This document shows positions 20,732 through 38,092 of a stretch of 64,000 nt of DNA, one piece after another. Made by a program: the position numbers and the translations under genes. Position 1 is the stretch's first letter; every line of letters starts with the position of its first letter. The notes beneath the pieces were generated by a model. It was not told the DNA's origin. It did not search any database and saw only the letters and a program-made list of their open reading frames with translations. This DNA comes from Ramazzottius varieornatus (lineage: Eukaryota; Animalia; Tardigrada), in NCBI GenBank assembly GCA_001949185.1, contig BDGG01000003.1, positions 3,889,158 through 3,953,157 of the forward strand. The letters are read 5' to 3'.

Positions 20732-22085
20732 ATGAAGATTGCGGTAGTTGGAGCAGGTATTATCGGCCTGAGTGCTGCGCGATGCATTCAGCAAGAGAAC
20801 TCGGAAGTTGAGGTAGGCGCACGAGAAATTTTGTGTGGCGCGTACTGCGCCATCTTGCACCGTGGTTCTTAACGTGAAGAAGTTTTTGGCTTCCCTTTTA
20901 CTTGTAGGTCATCATTGTTGCGGACGTAGTGGATCTGTCGACCACCAGCGATGGCGCAGCAGGCTTGTTTCACCCTGATCAGGTAGACACGGACCACCCG
21001 GAAGACCTCAAGCAATGGATCCAAGATTCTGCGGAACACTACTGGAAGCATTGCTACTCTGAACATGCGCCCGCAATGGGGATCTTCGAAATCAGCGGTG
21101 TGGAGAATTCTTCAGCCCATCTCTTCTTAACTGACCATCGCATGCTTTCCTTGACCAAGTTTGGCAAAGATTTTCTTGCTACCGGGCTTCCCGCAAAAGC
21201 TCAGACTAGTGTTCCATTGGTCAGTTTCCCAAAATTCCTCCTACAATTCACAATGTACTTTTTGTTGCAGGATATACCGTCACAAAGTTCGATAAGGCGG
21301 CAGTCGAAGACTCAGTGTTTCACCAGCACGTTCGCAACTTCCGACGAATAGAAGGCGCGGACCTGGACAAGGTGGGCGGAGGTCCCTGGCGCTATGGATC
21401 TTTCAAGAGCACTCTCATTACCGAACCACGCATTATGATGAACTATCTCCTCGGAGCCTTCCAGAAAGCCAACGGCACAATACGACAGCAAAAGGTTGGC
21501 TCCCTTCAAGACCTCGCAGCCGAATTCGACGTGGTGGTCAACTGCGCCGGTTTGATGGCAGGCGCTCTGGTCAACGACGATGCCGTTTTCCCGATTCGCG
21601 GACAAGTCACACGTGTGAACGCTCCATGGATAAAGCACTTCTATCATACCGACGACAACACCTACATCATACCAAACAGAGATCTGGTTGTGGTGGGCGG
21701 GACTAGGCAGAAGGACAACTGGAGCCTGGACTTTAGTGTGGAGGATCGCGAAGCGTACATGCAGAGAGCCAGCGCTTACTTACCGTCCATCCGGGTATGT
21801 CAGTCCCCTGATCTATTTATTGGCGCATTGAACCAATATGCTTTTCTGAAATCACAGAAAGCTGAAATTATCAGAGAGTGGGTCGGACTGCGACCCGGAC
21901 GACCATTTGTGCGGCTGGAGACGGAAATGCTGCAGCTTCCGGGTGATAAAGTACTGCCACTAGTGCACAACTACGGCCATGGAGGAAACGGTATCGCTCT
22001 GTCCTGGGGATGTGGGAGACATACTGCGAGATTAGTCAGAGAGCTACTGGAAGACATGAAAGCAAAGCCGAAAACGATTAAGTAG
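20732..22085 (+). CDS. DDO: D-aspartate oxidase / D-amino-acid oxidase (FAD-dependent)
   Basis: MKIAVVGAGIIGLS FAD motif, TTSDGAAG, VVNCAGL, PIRGQV, YIIP, GGTRQ (Arg typical of DDO), VGLRP, HNYGHGGNG. Confidence 0.85.
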
Positions 22086-22367
22086 AAACTTAAAGATGTC
22101 CCTTCGTCTGTAAACCATGGATTTCTTCAGGACGTTTACTATCGATTTTCATGCATTCTGTCTGTGCAAAGCAGTCATAGAAAAGCCTATACCGTTATAA
22201 GTCTCTAGGAAAGCTCAACAAAAAATAAACTGGCGTAAAAAAATCGGCAATCAGGTTGCAAAAAGGTAAAATCATGTGGAGTGATCAAGAGACATAGTCT
22301 GGATAAAAAGTTGAAAATTCCGATTAAGCCCAGCAGATAGTGGCGAAGACACAGGAAATCTATCTGG

Positions 22368-26222
<3,855 letters not shown>

Positions 26223-27369
26223 GCTTGTAGATCAAAATAAGGAAAGTTTATCTGCAAAGAAACGTACTGAAATTTTGGCAGACTGAAATGAGGAGTATTC
26301 GTACAAACAGCTGTCAATGTCTTCGTTCAAGGTGAGGTAGCTCGTGGAAATACCGCGTCGAGCCGTTCATATCCGCCAGGCTTGGTCTTTCAAGTAGATC
26401 GGCACAGCCTCCGCCTCAACGAGGGTCGAGGAGGCGGAGGAGTGTCGAATGTCGATCGATGGATATTACAGTACGTACACAATTGTGCTCTTTCCTTGAT
26501 CAAATATACCCCATTGAGAGCTACAATTAAGACAATATTCCATCGACCTTTCCATCCAGCGCCGCGTAGACACGATCAGTTGTCGCTGACGTCTTCTGGA
26601 AGTAATCCTGTTAATGTCGAGAGGTATGGATCCAACAATCCAACGACTTCAGAACCACATCAAACAAACCTGTGAAGATCTTTGGAAGACCAAGAACAAA
26701 CCTTGCAAGTTGCAATTGGTCATAACTCATAACTCATAACTCAGAATTCTGATTTCTGAACGATGTAAAATATGACATACTAGGATTCCATGTTATGCTG
26801 TAATACTATCCTAACCGGCCTTGTCTCGTATTGTACATCGGCGCTCTTGGTAATTATGAAAGGGGAATTTTTCCTTATGGATTCAATTAGCCGCATAATT
26901 CATAATTCAAAAATCTCGCTAATGGATCGAGCCAGGTGCCCTGAACCAGCACAATGACAACATCATAAAAGGGCTTATGATGAACCAGGATAGCTTTCTT
27001 GCACGCAAGCCGAGCTCGCAACGTGGGAGCAGAGATGGAATTGTCCCGGAAAACCCGGAAGTCGAGCACTTGGGCTCCGGTGTCAATCGTTCATTCCTCT
27101 TACCGGCACGGCCCAGGGGTGTTGGATGTCAGAATGTACGCAATCATTCCCAAGCCGACGGACATCAAACAGTTCTGATCGACACAGACAACACAGAAGA
27201 ATCTAGCACCGCAAAAGACGGACCCATTCAAGGAAACTTTCAATATTTGCAGACAGAAATCGGTTTTCAATCATAATAAATAGAGGAACACGTCAAACTT
27301 GCCCCAAGAGGCAACGGATGGGGGAATTAAGATCGAACGGAAAGTAAAATACTCTGGAAAAGTCTTTCA

Positions 27370-28083
27370 TCACAACTTCCGGTAATGTCGTCTTCCGAAA
27401 AGGAACACCACAATGACCACGACAATTAGCACGCACAGGGAAATTCCAACCACCAGCGGCACGGTATAATCATTCCTGGTAGCCAGCTGGCAGTCGATCC
27501 CTGAATTGGCAAAGGCTAGAACTTTCGGCTGGTTGAAGATGAGCCGGACGGAAGTGACAGGTGGAGCCGTCTCGTTGACGACATTCATGTCGAGCTGCAA
27601 GGAGGAACTCTGATGCTCACAACCCAAATGTGCGCCCAGCTCCTTTAAGTTGTAGTTTTGGGCGTAGTGTTGAGTAGTGTCGTCTAAGGCGTTGAAGTTG
27701 CTACCGTTGAAATTGAAGCCCAGATCGACGAAGCTAAGGAAGTATTCGGTTGTGGTCTTGTTGAACTGCAGTCGGAGAACCCAACCAGGAAGGAAGTCCT
27801 CCACCGCCAGCAGTTGCAGGTCTTCATAGCAATACGACGAATCATTCTTGACACGTCCGTCATTCAATCCCGTAACGTTGATACTTTGTACCTGCTTGTC
27901 TTTGTTCGTGTACACAACTTCGACACCTGAAATCGACACCACTGACAAGATTGATATCATCGCGTGACCATAAATATCAGGAGAATTCAAGACTGATTTA
28001 GGAACTCACCCAATCCGAAGGCAGCTCGGATACACGTAGTTTCATTCGTACGGTATTGATACGGGGCTGATCCACCGGGAGAA
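27370..28083 (-). CDS. LAMP-like module (one luminal domain, TM, YRKL tail); no own start or signal exon found
   Basis: Exons 28083-28010 and 27926-27370 join in frame (TTCIRAAFGLG|VEVVY); similar to LAMP domain 3 (VEDFLPGWVL vs IEEFLPSWRL); TM VPLVVGISLCVLIVVVIVVFLF; tail GRRHYRKL. Confidence 0.75.
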
Positions 28084-28900
28084 CTGCATCCATATCAGTG
28101 ATTATTTTGAATTCAGGACCAACGAGTAAGGATGGACAACACCGAGAAACGTACAGTGCAGTGCAGTGCGAGAATCAGACAGTCAGCCCATCACCGTTGT
28201 CCCACAAAGTCGAAACTATGAAAGCCCCAGCACGGAGGTGGAGATGTGGAAAAAAGATGGCCGTTTCGAGAAGTGTTTCATTAAGACTGCTGCGAGCTCA
28301 AAGGGATGCGACGCGGAAGTGTGGACGAGATAAGACTAGAGTGCGAGTACTTCCGGTTTAACACTGGATCGGAGAAACTTTTCTGACTTAGGTCGATCAA
28401 CGATCGGTAACGGTAAGTGGACATCTTGGCACCAAAGTTTGTTGGCACAATTTTATTTGCTAGTAAGATACACAAAAAATGTGGGCATAGCAGAGGATGG
28501 ATAAAGAGAGAAGTTGTGAGGCGAATGTAAGAGTCTTGATCACAATCGGGGTTTTCGAGAATCAGACGGTTAAATTAGATAGCTGACATTCGCAAAACAA
28601 AGCCTGACCAGAGGAAGGACTGAAGCAAGAGAACACGTCTCCGAATCTTCCATCATCCACTGTTAGAACAAAAAACATCAAGACAGGGAGTAAAACCAAG
28701 TGCTGCATGAAGAGAAAGCCTACATATCTTGTGCTTACATCGAAGAAGAATATTAAGAATGAAATAAAAACTGCAGTAATGAAACACGACACGACCGTCT
28801 GTCTTCCGTATTCGCGTCACACAACCTTCGTGCATAAGCAAAGTCCACAAAGACTGGCTACAGGTTACAAGAAGAAAGAAAAGGCCACAACGTACATTCT

Positions 28901-31900
28901 TCACATGGACTCGTAACCTCGAGCTCGGTTCCTTCGGCGACCGATTACGTAGGCGATCAGGACGATCACCACCAAAGCAGCGAGCGCACAGCCAACGGCG
29001 ATCGGGACGATATCGTTGGTTAGAACGTCCATGCCGCACTCCTCCTCCTGTCCCCAAGTCTGAGTTCCGTTGGTAATGGTCTCGTTATAGGGAACGAACG
29101 CCCGAAGCTTCACCTGCAGCGAGCAAGTAGCAATGGAATCTTCCAAAATTTGATATTTAAGATACACCAGCGAGAAACTCAGCGTTTCATGAGCCTGCAT
29201 GCACGATTACCACAGTAACAAGTAAACGTCAAGTATGCAGGACGATGAATGTCTGGACATTTCTCCCACCTGCATACATGGTCACCGTACTTTCCTTGTG
29301 ACACGGAATATGCAGGACCATGAAAAACTAAAAACCCATCTAGGTGGCCACATTATCGGGTCTGAATGAAGTTTCTTACCTGGCCCAGGTACAGCGTCAT
29401 TGATTCAACAGCACGTTGTCCCGCCGTATCCAACTTGAGGGTATCCTGACGTGTCAGACACTTGTAAGAATGGCCGAGAGTCGACGACCACCGCTTGAGA
29501 GAAGTGGCGTTCATCCACATGTCTGCATGCTCGTCAGCATCAGGGAACTTCCACGACGTGTGCAGGTTGTACTTGAGCTGCACCATGGACATGTACGCCT
29601 TTCCAGACCAGTTGTCGAACTGCATCTTCAGTCTCCAGCTTGGCAGGAACTCTTCAATCACCAGCATGCTCCTGTTTTCGCTGCACCACGACAGAGTGTG
29701 GTTGATGGTGCCGTTGTTCACGCTAGCAATCGTCCCGTTACCGACTGTCGCGTCCTTCTTGTAGTACATTGCGGTGATACCTGCAAGAAAGAACATCCAC
29801 GTGAAGCATACTTCAAAGACAACATTAAACTTTAATGCCGGCACATAAACTAAACCAGACCGTTCTCAAGTGGTACACGGTTCCATTTGTACTGGCTAGA
29901 AGTGTGCGCCACTTGGACAAGCGATCTGGTTCAGATCAGTCAACGACTTCGCATTCCCCTTCCGAATGTTCCTTCTGAACTTACCCAGATCGAAGTGGAC
30001 CATCAAGCACTGCGAGCCGTTAGGGTACGTCAGGTTGTAGAAGGCTCCGGACAGCGGCAGTGGAGGAGGCGCAGTAGAAGTGATGAACGGCGTTGGTGTA
30101 GTCAGGTGCTGGTCGCCCTGGCAGACATCCGCGTTACCCTCAAAGGTGGTAGTCGTCTGGTTGCGGAACGCCTGCAGTCTAACGTTGCTCCACGCCATGG
30201 TGGCATTCAAGTCCTTCTCTCCATTGATCTTCAGCAACGTCGTGAAACCAGTCAGACACTGCAACACAAAATCTCAACATCAGATTCCGTCACCCATAAG
30301 CGTACCATATTCATTTCATTTAGTCACCACATGACATAACACAGGACTGCGTTGCCTACGACGTTACATGACAGGCATAACATATACATCACCTGTTTGT
30401 ACATGTGGTTGGGGATGGTGTCGATCTGTCCACTGGACACTGCCGTCACAATGTTGTTCTCGAGCGGGGTTCGGTCCGGGAAAATTGCTGCGTCGTTCAG
30501 GTCGTACTGGAGCTGGACTTCCTTGATAGTCGTAGTGTTGGTGACGGGATCTTGGGCGAAAGTCAGCGTCAGGTTGGTCTTGTAGGTTCCCCACTGCAGG
30601 ACGATGCGTTGACGAGGTGCTAGTACGCTTCCGGCATCGCAGTAGCTCTGGTCCTGAACGACGTTAGCGGTCGACGGGAGTGTCAGGGCGTGACTGGGAG
30701 CGATGTGGGTAGTGTTGGGTGCGGCGGGGAAGGTGGCGTTGAAGTAGATGGTGAACTGCGCGTCAAGTGCGGCCAACACGCAATAGCCGCCGGTTCTGGT
30801 GTCCTTAACGGACCACACGGCGCTCGGAGGAGGGCTGCAAACACAAAAAGGCTTTGCTAGTACTTCATAAAGACAAAAACGTGCGTTTCGCTGGTGAAAA
30901 GTGAGCGAGAACTAAAACCAAGAGGCAACCACATCAGCAAATCAAACCCGGAAGTAAACGAAGAAGACACGAACAAGCGGAAAGGAAGACCTGAAGCCGA
31001 TGCAAAAGCACCTGACGCAACACCGATCAGACAAGCTTTGCCTCGACCAACTCTACGCCGAAGAAGCCAAATAAGCAAGGAGCAAAAAATCTCGTTGAAG
31101 CTTCCAAATAGAAAAAACAATGTCAACGAAGCGAAAACGAAGTTAACAGCAAATCAGAATTCCCATAAAATTTAGCAAGTAAAAAAAAGAAACGAGTGGG
31201 AATACCTCAAGGTGGTAGTTGGGACAGTCCAGGGCGTTGTACTGGAAGTCGTCGTAGTCTGTGTGGTAGGAGAAGTCGTGGTGGACGATGTGGTGGTCGT
31301 ACTTGTGGTAGTGCTGGTGGTAGTTGAACTAGTGGTGGTACTTGGATCCGCAGCACACACTTGAGGAACGCCATTGAAAGCCTTGTCCGACGCAGTCCTG
31401 AAAGCTTCCAGCCGGACATTCGTCGCGTTCAGAACAGCGCCATAAGGTTCACCTGCGAGAGTTTCGAGTTCGATCGCCACCCCCGTCTCACACTCCCAGT
31501 ACGAAGTCGCCGGAAACGTCAACAACACCTTCTCGTTGCTTCTGGCTATGGTAGCATTGCCTGACGTGGCATTTGGGAAGAGATTCGAGTCGCTCAGGTC
31601 GTACTCGAAAGATAGTGACTTGACCACTGTGTTCTGTGACTCTTTTGTGAAATCGATTGACAGTTTGTGTGAGAATTGTCCAGGCCAACGAAGAACTATG
31701 CGCTGGTAAGTGGGCGAACAAGAACTTGACTGCTGGTCAATCACTGCGTTACTAGGAAGTGCCACGGTTGTCTGTTCGGGTTTCGTGAAGTTTATGGAGC
31801 CCGAGGAAAAGAGAGCGGGATATGTAACGGCGAGAACCGCGTCAAAGCTGACCAGGACACAGGTGACGGCGCCCTCTTCCACTGCCCAGGTGACGGCTTC

Positions 31901-33081
31901 GGCAGCAGGAGAAACACTGCTACAAAAACACAATCCAAATTTCTATCTCTATCCCTGCTAAGATTGTGTGGAAAACTACCAAAAAAGGTACATCAAACTA
32001 GAGGAAATATAGTTGACAAAATGTTCCAGCCAAAATTCTGGATTTTAAGTGTGAGTCTTCCGGTTTCTTCCGGTTCGACGAGAGTCAATGCGGCTTTCAT
32101 TTCGATTATTTCGATCATCCATCGCACGTAAAAGCCCGTGTGTCGAAGATCGGAACCTGAGTTGCGATTCAGGACAAAGGTGCATAGCAGTTTGAATGAC
32201 AGTTATGAACTGACTGCACCGAGAGAAAAGTGGAACTGATGAGGATCAACGCATTCCAATCATGTCGACTGCCTACAGGCACAAGAAACGACCCTTTCCG
32301 GCTGATAACCCACGATAAGGAAAGCGCTGATATGAGCAAACAGACAAAAGCGACAAAACCTAAACGTGGAAAATCTCCTCTGCCAAATGATAAGCGGCTA
32401 CTTTTCGCCGAAGTAACGAATCTACAAAACCCAAAGACCTAAATACAGCCTGGGTAACATGATCCTTTCTGTTTGCAAGTAGGGAAGATCCCAGACCCGG
32501 AAATCGCCTCCACCAGGTTCACTGGAAAAAAGGCGTAAACCAAAGATCAACTCGTTACACATGCAGGAACCCCAGCTTTCATCTCGACGCCGACTATATC
32601 AAATTTAGAAGGACCCAAATGACGACCGAAGAACGAGCGATAATCGTCAGTGAAGTATGGAAAAAGAGATGAATCACCCAACGCGTGATTCCATCAAACA
32701 CACACTATCAAGCAAGTCGCAAGTCATAACTGCAGAATGCAAACGCCTCCCACGAACCCAGACGTTGCACCTCCCGGCCATGAACTCTTCGTGCTGCTAG
32801 AATGATCTCATCTGACAACAATGCCCCAAAAAACCAACTAACTCATGGACAAAAAATGCACAAACAACGGTGACAATCATCTTTCCGGTGGCTAACGAGC
32901 ACGGAAACTCTCCCCTCAAGCCTGATCCTTCTCTCTCCTCATTCCTCAAATCACACGAAGAAGGAAGAGACAGAAAGGTTGACAGAATCACATGGACAAC
33001 GAAACATGGAAACATCACTTACGTTCGCGCTACGGCGAGGCTCGAGAGGCAGGTGAGGAGAAGGAAGAGATGGAACTCCAT
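28901..33081 (-). CDS. Lysosome-associated membrane glycoprotein (LAMP) with three luminal domains
   Basis: Signal exon MEFHLFLLLTCLSSLAVAR (33081-33023); three LAMP domains, each with an N-terminal Cys and a V(R/K)L(E/Q/R)AF motif; Thr/Pro hinges; TM IVPIAVGCALAALVVIVLIAYVIG; GYESM lysosomal sorting tail. Confidence 0.88.
29845..29935. repeat. Palindromic N27 element, copy 12 (LAMP intron)
   Basis: ACCAGACCG..CAAGTGGTACA-N27-TGCGCCACTTG..CGATCTGGT. Confidence 0.85.
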
Positions 33082-34496
33082 CCCGGACAGGAAATGGCTA
33101 CTGCAGCCTCAGTCTTCTGCTTGAACTCGATCCCGAACTATCCAAAAATACCTGAAAGATGGTATCAACGTTGGTGAGCGTCGCACGTTGACAGTTACGA
33201 GGAGAGGAGCATTACAACACCGCGTAGTACTTCAAAGGAAACTGCTGTGATGCGGACATCTAGCTAAGCAACACAAAGCGCACAATTCTATGAAACATCC
33301 ACTGCATCGCCTTACCTCCGCGCTCCTTCAGCGATCGTCCTTCTATGCTTCTCGTCCCAGACAGCAGGATATCCCAGAAATGGAAGATGAAGAGTCTTGT
33401 AAGGTCAACGTGGGAAAGGAATCCAACGAAGAAGAAAGAAAATCAAACGACAAGGAAAGGAGGAAAACTGGCTGAACTCAAGGCTGTGCTCTTGGGAGGT
33501 TTCTACGGCAGGCAGCTGACTGCGCAACAACATCAGGCGGAACGGACCTGCACGTGCTGGGAATTACAACTGTGGTAGAGTGGAAAGCTAGCTTACAGCC
33601 AGTGTTCGGCAGGTACTTTAAAGGGCCAATGATGCGGGACAGGTTTGGGTCCGGGTGCGTATAAAAAGACCGCGCGGATGGTGGGTGAAATATCTGGTCA
33701 ACGTGTGTATCGATCAACTGATCGCTATGACATGACACGTAACGGCCAAAACGGCGCGTACCGGGGGGATTCTTTACGCGGACCCGGACCACTCTTGTCT
33801 CACTTCATTGGCACTTTAAAGTAAACATTCCGTGCTACTCAGCATGGCTCGCCATATCATGGTAAAGACCCGAAATGGTTCGGATTGATCAGATTCAGTC
33901 GGGGTACCGGAATGTTTACCTGCCGAACACTGCTTACAGCTCGGGGGATTCCACCGGGTGAAGTTGTGGATAGTGGAATCAGACTTTTTTATCCATAGCG
34001 CTGAGCGGTCTCCGGCGGCATCCGCACCCCTCGGGGGTTCGACTAGGGCTGGGAGATTGGAGAAACGATAATTTGAGTTTTTGAAAGTCATCCCGGAAAT
34101 GACTCGAGAAAGAGACTATTTCCCAGAAATTCACACAGAATTTGATAGTGGCACCAGCCATACCTATAGCGTTCGAAACCGACACATAATTTATATTTGT
34201 TGACGTTTGGTTGTGGATAAATACTGACTTCTGCAGTAACAAACCGGAAAACCGAAAAACCCGAGAACAACAAAACTCAAAATGCGTCAAGTATCAAAAT
34301 ATCTGAATTTTCTGTCAAACAGCAACGATTTTTAAAACTGACCCGAAAAGAAGGAACATCTAAAATCATATGAGACTCAGTCAGAATGTCACCTCCGAAC
34401 ACCCGAATGTACATAAGCAAAAAGGCAAATCACAGACAGCAGGATCCCTGCTTCGACAACGGTAATCTTCGTTAGAACAAATTTGGTTCAAAGAGT

Positions 34497-37400
34497 CTAC
34501 TTAATCTGATGCAAAAGCCCGTACAAAAGAGAGGACTTGCTTAGTTTTGCGTCGGTCTCGGCCATAAAAACCACATCACGGAGAGTGGCCCTCTTTATCC
34601 TCGGACGATACGGCTGCAAAGAGCAAAAGTGATATCTTGTATTTGTAAGAGCGTTCTTGGCCAAATTTCAGCGACATCGAACTCAAAACAAACCTGGGAA
34701 GCTTTGAGATCACTTCTCGCTGCATTCGATGTCGACGGTCCAGCCGTCGCGCCATCGTTGCCTTGATCCAATCGAGGTCTCTTACGAGCTCCACCAAGTG
34801 CTGCCATCGCAGCCTGGTTAGCTTCTTCCCTCCTCAAATCTTCCTGTTCTTTCGTCTGAGCCTACGGGGGGAAAGTATCATCAAGTCCAAAAGCTTTCCG
34901 AACCTCAGAGTGCACTTACCTCTTTGGCCTTCATCTTTAACTTCATATGCTCAGGGTCTTCAGGCTTATTGCGACTCTACAACGGAAAACAGAAGTCAGA
35001 AAGGAATGACTAGACTAATTCTGACTGTCTACCTTCGCAGCTTTCAAAAGAGTTTCCTTCTCTTCTTCGTCCCGTTTCCTCTTCTCCACCCTGTCGAGTT
35101 CTTCCATAAACTTTAGCTGACCACGAACATCGTGCGTCTGCAGGTAACGAGAGTGTCCCTGTGCAACACAAGATCCAAAGTTCGAACACAGATGGAAAAT
35201 TCGAACCTCTGTTCAGTGGTCTTACCCGAACGCTTTCCGAGCGGTGTTCGGCAATAACGTTCAGCCTTTCACAACAGTTGCGTATTCTCGCTTCCACGGC
35301 GTGAGAAATCAACGCCATGACATCGGAAGGTAGTTCGTCCTGTCCAGTGGCTTTCACTGAATACCACACCGAGATGAAGAACCCACCCTTCAAGTGTATG
35401 CGAAATTCTCCATACAAACTTACAATTCGCCATCACCCTCTTCCTAATACTGTCTCCAGGAATGAAGGCGTGATCGTCTACGCTCCTCAGCTGAGTGCCC
35501 ACGATTTCCGAGGCTGTCGCCAGCTTCGCGCTTTCTTCGTTGAGGTTGACACCACCCATAGCGGCCACATCGTTCAGCTCATCATCGTCAGGTTTGTGCT
35601 CTTTGGTTTCTTTAGTCTCTCTGTAAAAAACATTATTCATGCACACTAGGCTTTTGGCAAATTCTTTGACTCATACAGGTGCTCAGCCAAGAACTTTCCA
35701 CCGTTTGCCCCAGAAGCGCACGTTCTCGGTATTACAAGCTGACAGCGTGCGCCACTTGGACCAGACGAAAAAGTCTCCGCTTCTCATGCACCTGCAAACA
35801 CGGAACCGTACACTAGCCAACGATCCGGTCCGCAGGTACATGGAAAAGACAAATATTTCATTTTTGGTCTCTCGTTAATTCAATTTTGAAATTTGAGCTG
35901 CTTGAAAGACATAGAATATGGTACTTGGTCACTGTTACAACGCCGCTCTTCGCCATCGCTTCCTCCTTGGCGATCTCGTTATCCAGCATTTCCCTGTGCC
36001 TCTTCCGTTCCATGTCTTTCTTTTCCTTGGCACTTATCTTCTTCTCGGCAGGAGGTATCTTTGGTGTCTTGGCTTTTTCAGGCTTGGAATGTGGAGTTTG
36101 CAGAGGCGGCACTTGTGTGAAGGCAGGATGCTGGTTGGGCATTCCGCCACCCGGACTGGCAACCGAGGCTGCTGCCATTACGGAAACCTCTTTGCCTTTG
36201 GAAGCGCTCTTCTTCGATGCTTTAGGCTTGGTCGATGCGGAATTTGGGCGAGACTTTGGTCGTTCCTACGAACATCAACTTAAGCCTTCTTTCTTGTTTC
36301 CCTATTCGGGAGCTCAGCAAACAAGCTCGACAAGATCATTTTCCGAAGTGACGCACGTTTCCAGTTTCGTTAGCCGGGAGCGTGCGTCGTCGAAAACATG
36401 ATCTTGTTGATTGTCTGCAGAGCTACCATCATATTTTGATTCGGTTTCCCGGCGTGGTTTTCTGTTACCTGGTTAACTGGTCTACTTGAGATCACTGGCG
36501 CAGGCAGCGATGGCGGTGGCGAAGGAGGAAGAACTGCCGAGACATCGGTGATGGCAAGTGCAGCAGGCGGAGGAGGATCGATGCCTTCTATGGAAAAATC
36601 GCCATCAGCAAGACCCCGCCGAAGTTGTGCGAGGCATATCTGCAACGCGGAAAAATTAATTTAGCAACTTATAAAGTCCACGTGTTGTTGAGACTACAGC
36701 AACAAGACTTTAAGCAAGGCAAAGTTCATCTTTCGAACCGAGAGACAGTAGCAAAACAGAGACAACCGAACTAAGAGAGAGCAGGAATCTTTATTCTCAA
36801 GTCGGAAATAGTTGATTTCAAAACTCACCTGCAAAAATTCAAAAAATTACACGGACCTCAAACTTACCCTTAACAACGGAGCAAGAATCGGTTGAGGTGT
36901 CGATTTGAGCTCCTCCTGTAGTCTTTGAGCAAACATATCAGGATTTATCTTCGCATCCTGAAAAGAGAGACCAATCACGTGAAACTTCATGAAAACCAAC
37001 AAGTAAATAGAGGAAAATTCCTCAAAGATACAAAAATTTCTGTACAAAGTGCACACTACACTTACAACCAGCTGCTGAAGTAAATCTCTGGCAGTTTGGT
37101 ACATGGTTGGCGTTTGATTTCTGGACATAACCAGTAAGGCATTGAAGAACTGTTTGGCTTTATTCAGCGGATCATCCATTCTCGAACCGCCAGTCTGTTG
37201 ATGCTGAGGCGGAGGAGGTTGCTGCTGGTGCTGCGGAGCAGGTTGTCGTTGCTGCATAACCGGGGCAGCAGGAGGCATCTGTGGTCCACCGTGTGCGCCG
37301 TGGTGGCCAGGAAGAGCGGAAGGGACAGAAATCGGTCCCATATTACCCATTTGCTGGACATTGTGCGCTTGACTGTTCTGCAGTGCCTGAACTGACTGCT

Positions 37401-38092
37401 GCATCCCAGCAGAAGGCTGAAAAACAAACAAACCATATTCCACAACCAAAGAGAAAAAGTGCAAGGAAGGAATAGTCACTGGGGGAAATCGAACTGCGGA
37501 TGCGAGCTGGTGATTCGGTAGACCGGGCCGAACGCCATTTCCGGAGGGATTTTGAGGATTGCCCATCCCTTGAGGAGCAGAGGCAAGCCGAACCAGCTGT
37601 AGCTCCCCCGTTGGACTTCGTATCAGATAAACGGTGCCAGGTTGGAGCGCACTTGGTCCATTTGGAATCGTTATCGCCTAGGAAAACAACATCAGGAAAA
37701 TAAATTTGATATTCCGACCGCAATCAAGTAATCAGTCGACACATCGCACGTTTGAACTGGCAAAAAATACAAAATTTGAATACGAAGAATTTCATCACGT
37801 AAACGGTACAAAGTTCGCAACAGTTCGAGCAAAAAACACAACACACTACTCCTGAATGTGTCGTCATATTCAGCGAAAGGGTCACAGTCGTGAAACTTAC
37901 GGGTTGAGAGCCGGAGACGGTCATGTTTGCAGGACGGGAAACGGGACCATTAATCTGCATATGCTGTTGGTTGGGATGGCGCACTGCGAAGTTATTCGGC
38001 AACTGTTGGGGCGGTATTCCGTTGAACGTTGGATTCCCTGGTACGGAAGAGTCAGATTGCCGCGGAGGACCTAATTGTCGTTGATTGTCCAT
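34497..38092 (-). CDS. TAF4: TFIID subunit 4
   Basis: Gln/Pro-rich N-terminus; TAFH domain ([10 protein letters not shown]...[12 protein letters not shown]); [18 protein letters not shown]; histone fold ([12 protein letters not shown]); [13 protein letters not shown]; C-terminal [12 protein letters not shown]. Start codon approximate. Confidence 0.9.
35678..35770. repeat. Palindromic N27 element, copy 13 (TAF4 intron)
   Basis: AGAAGCGCA-N27-TGCGCCACTTGG. Confidence 0.75.
36308..36412. repeat. Palindromic N27 element, copy 14 (TAF4 intron)
   Basis: GGAGCTCAGCAAAC...ACAAGATCA..AAGTGACGCA-N27-TGCGTCG..TGATCTTGT. Confidence 0.82.

Noticed and set aside
20815-20855. Further degenerate N27-like cores (here GGCGCA-N24-TGCGCC; also ~456, ~17219, ~57247)
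   Set aside because: Outer arms or the second half-site are missing; not counted.
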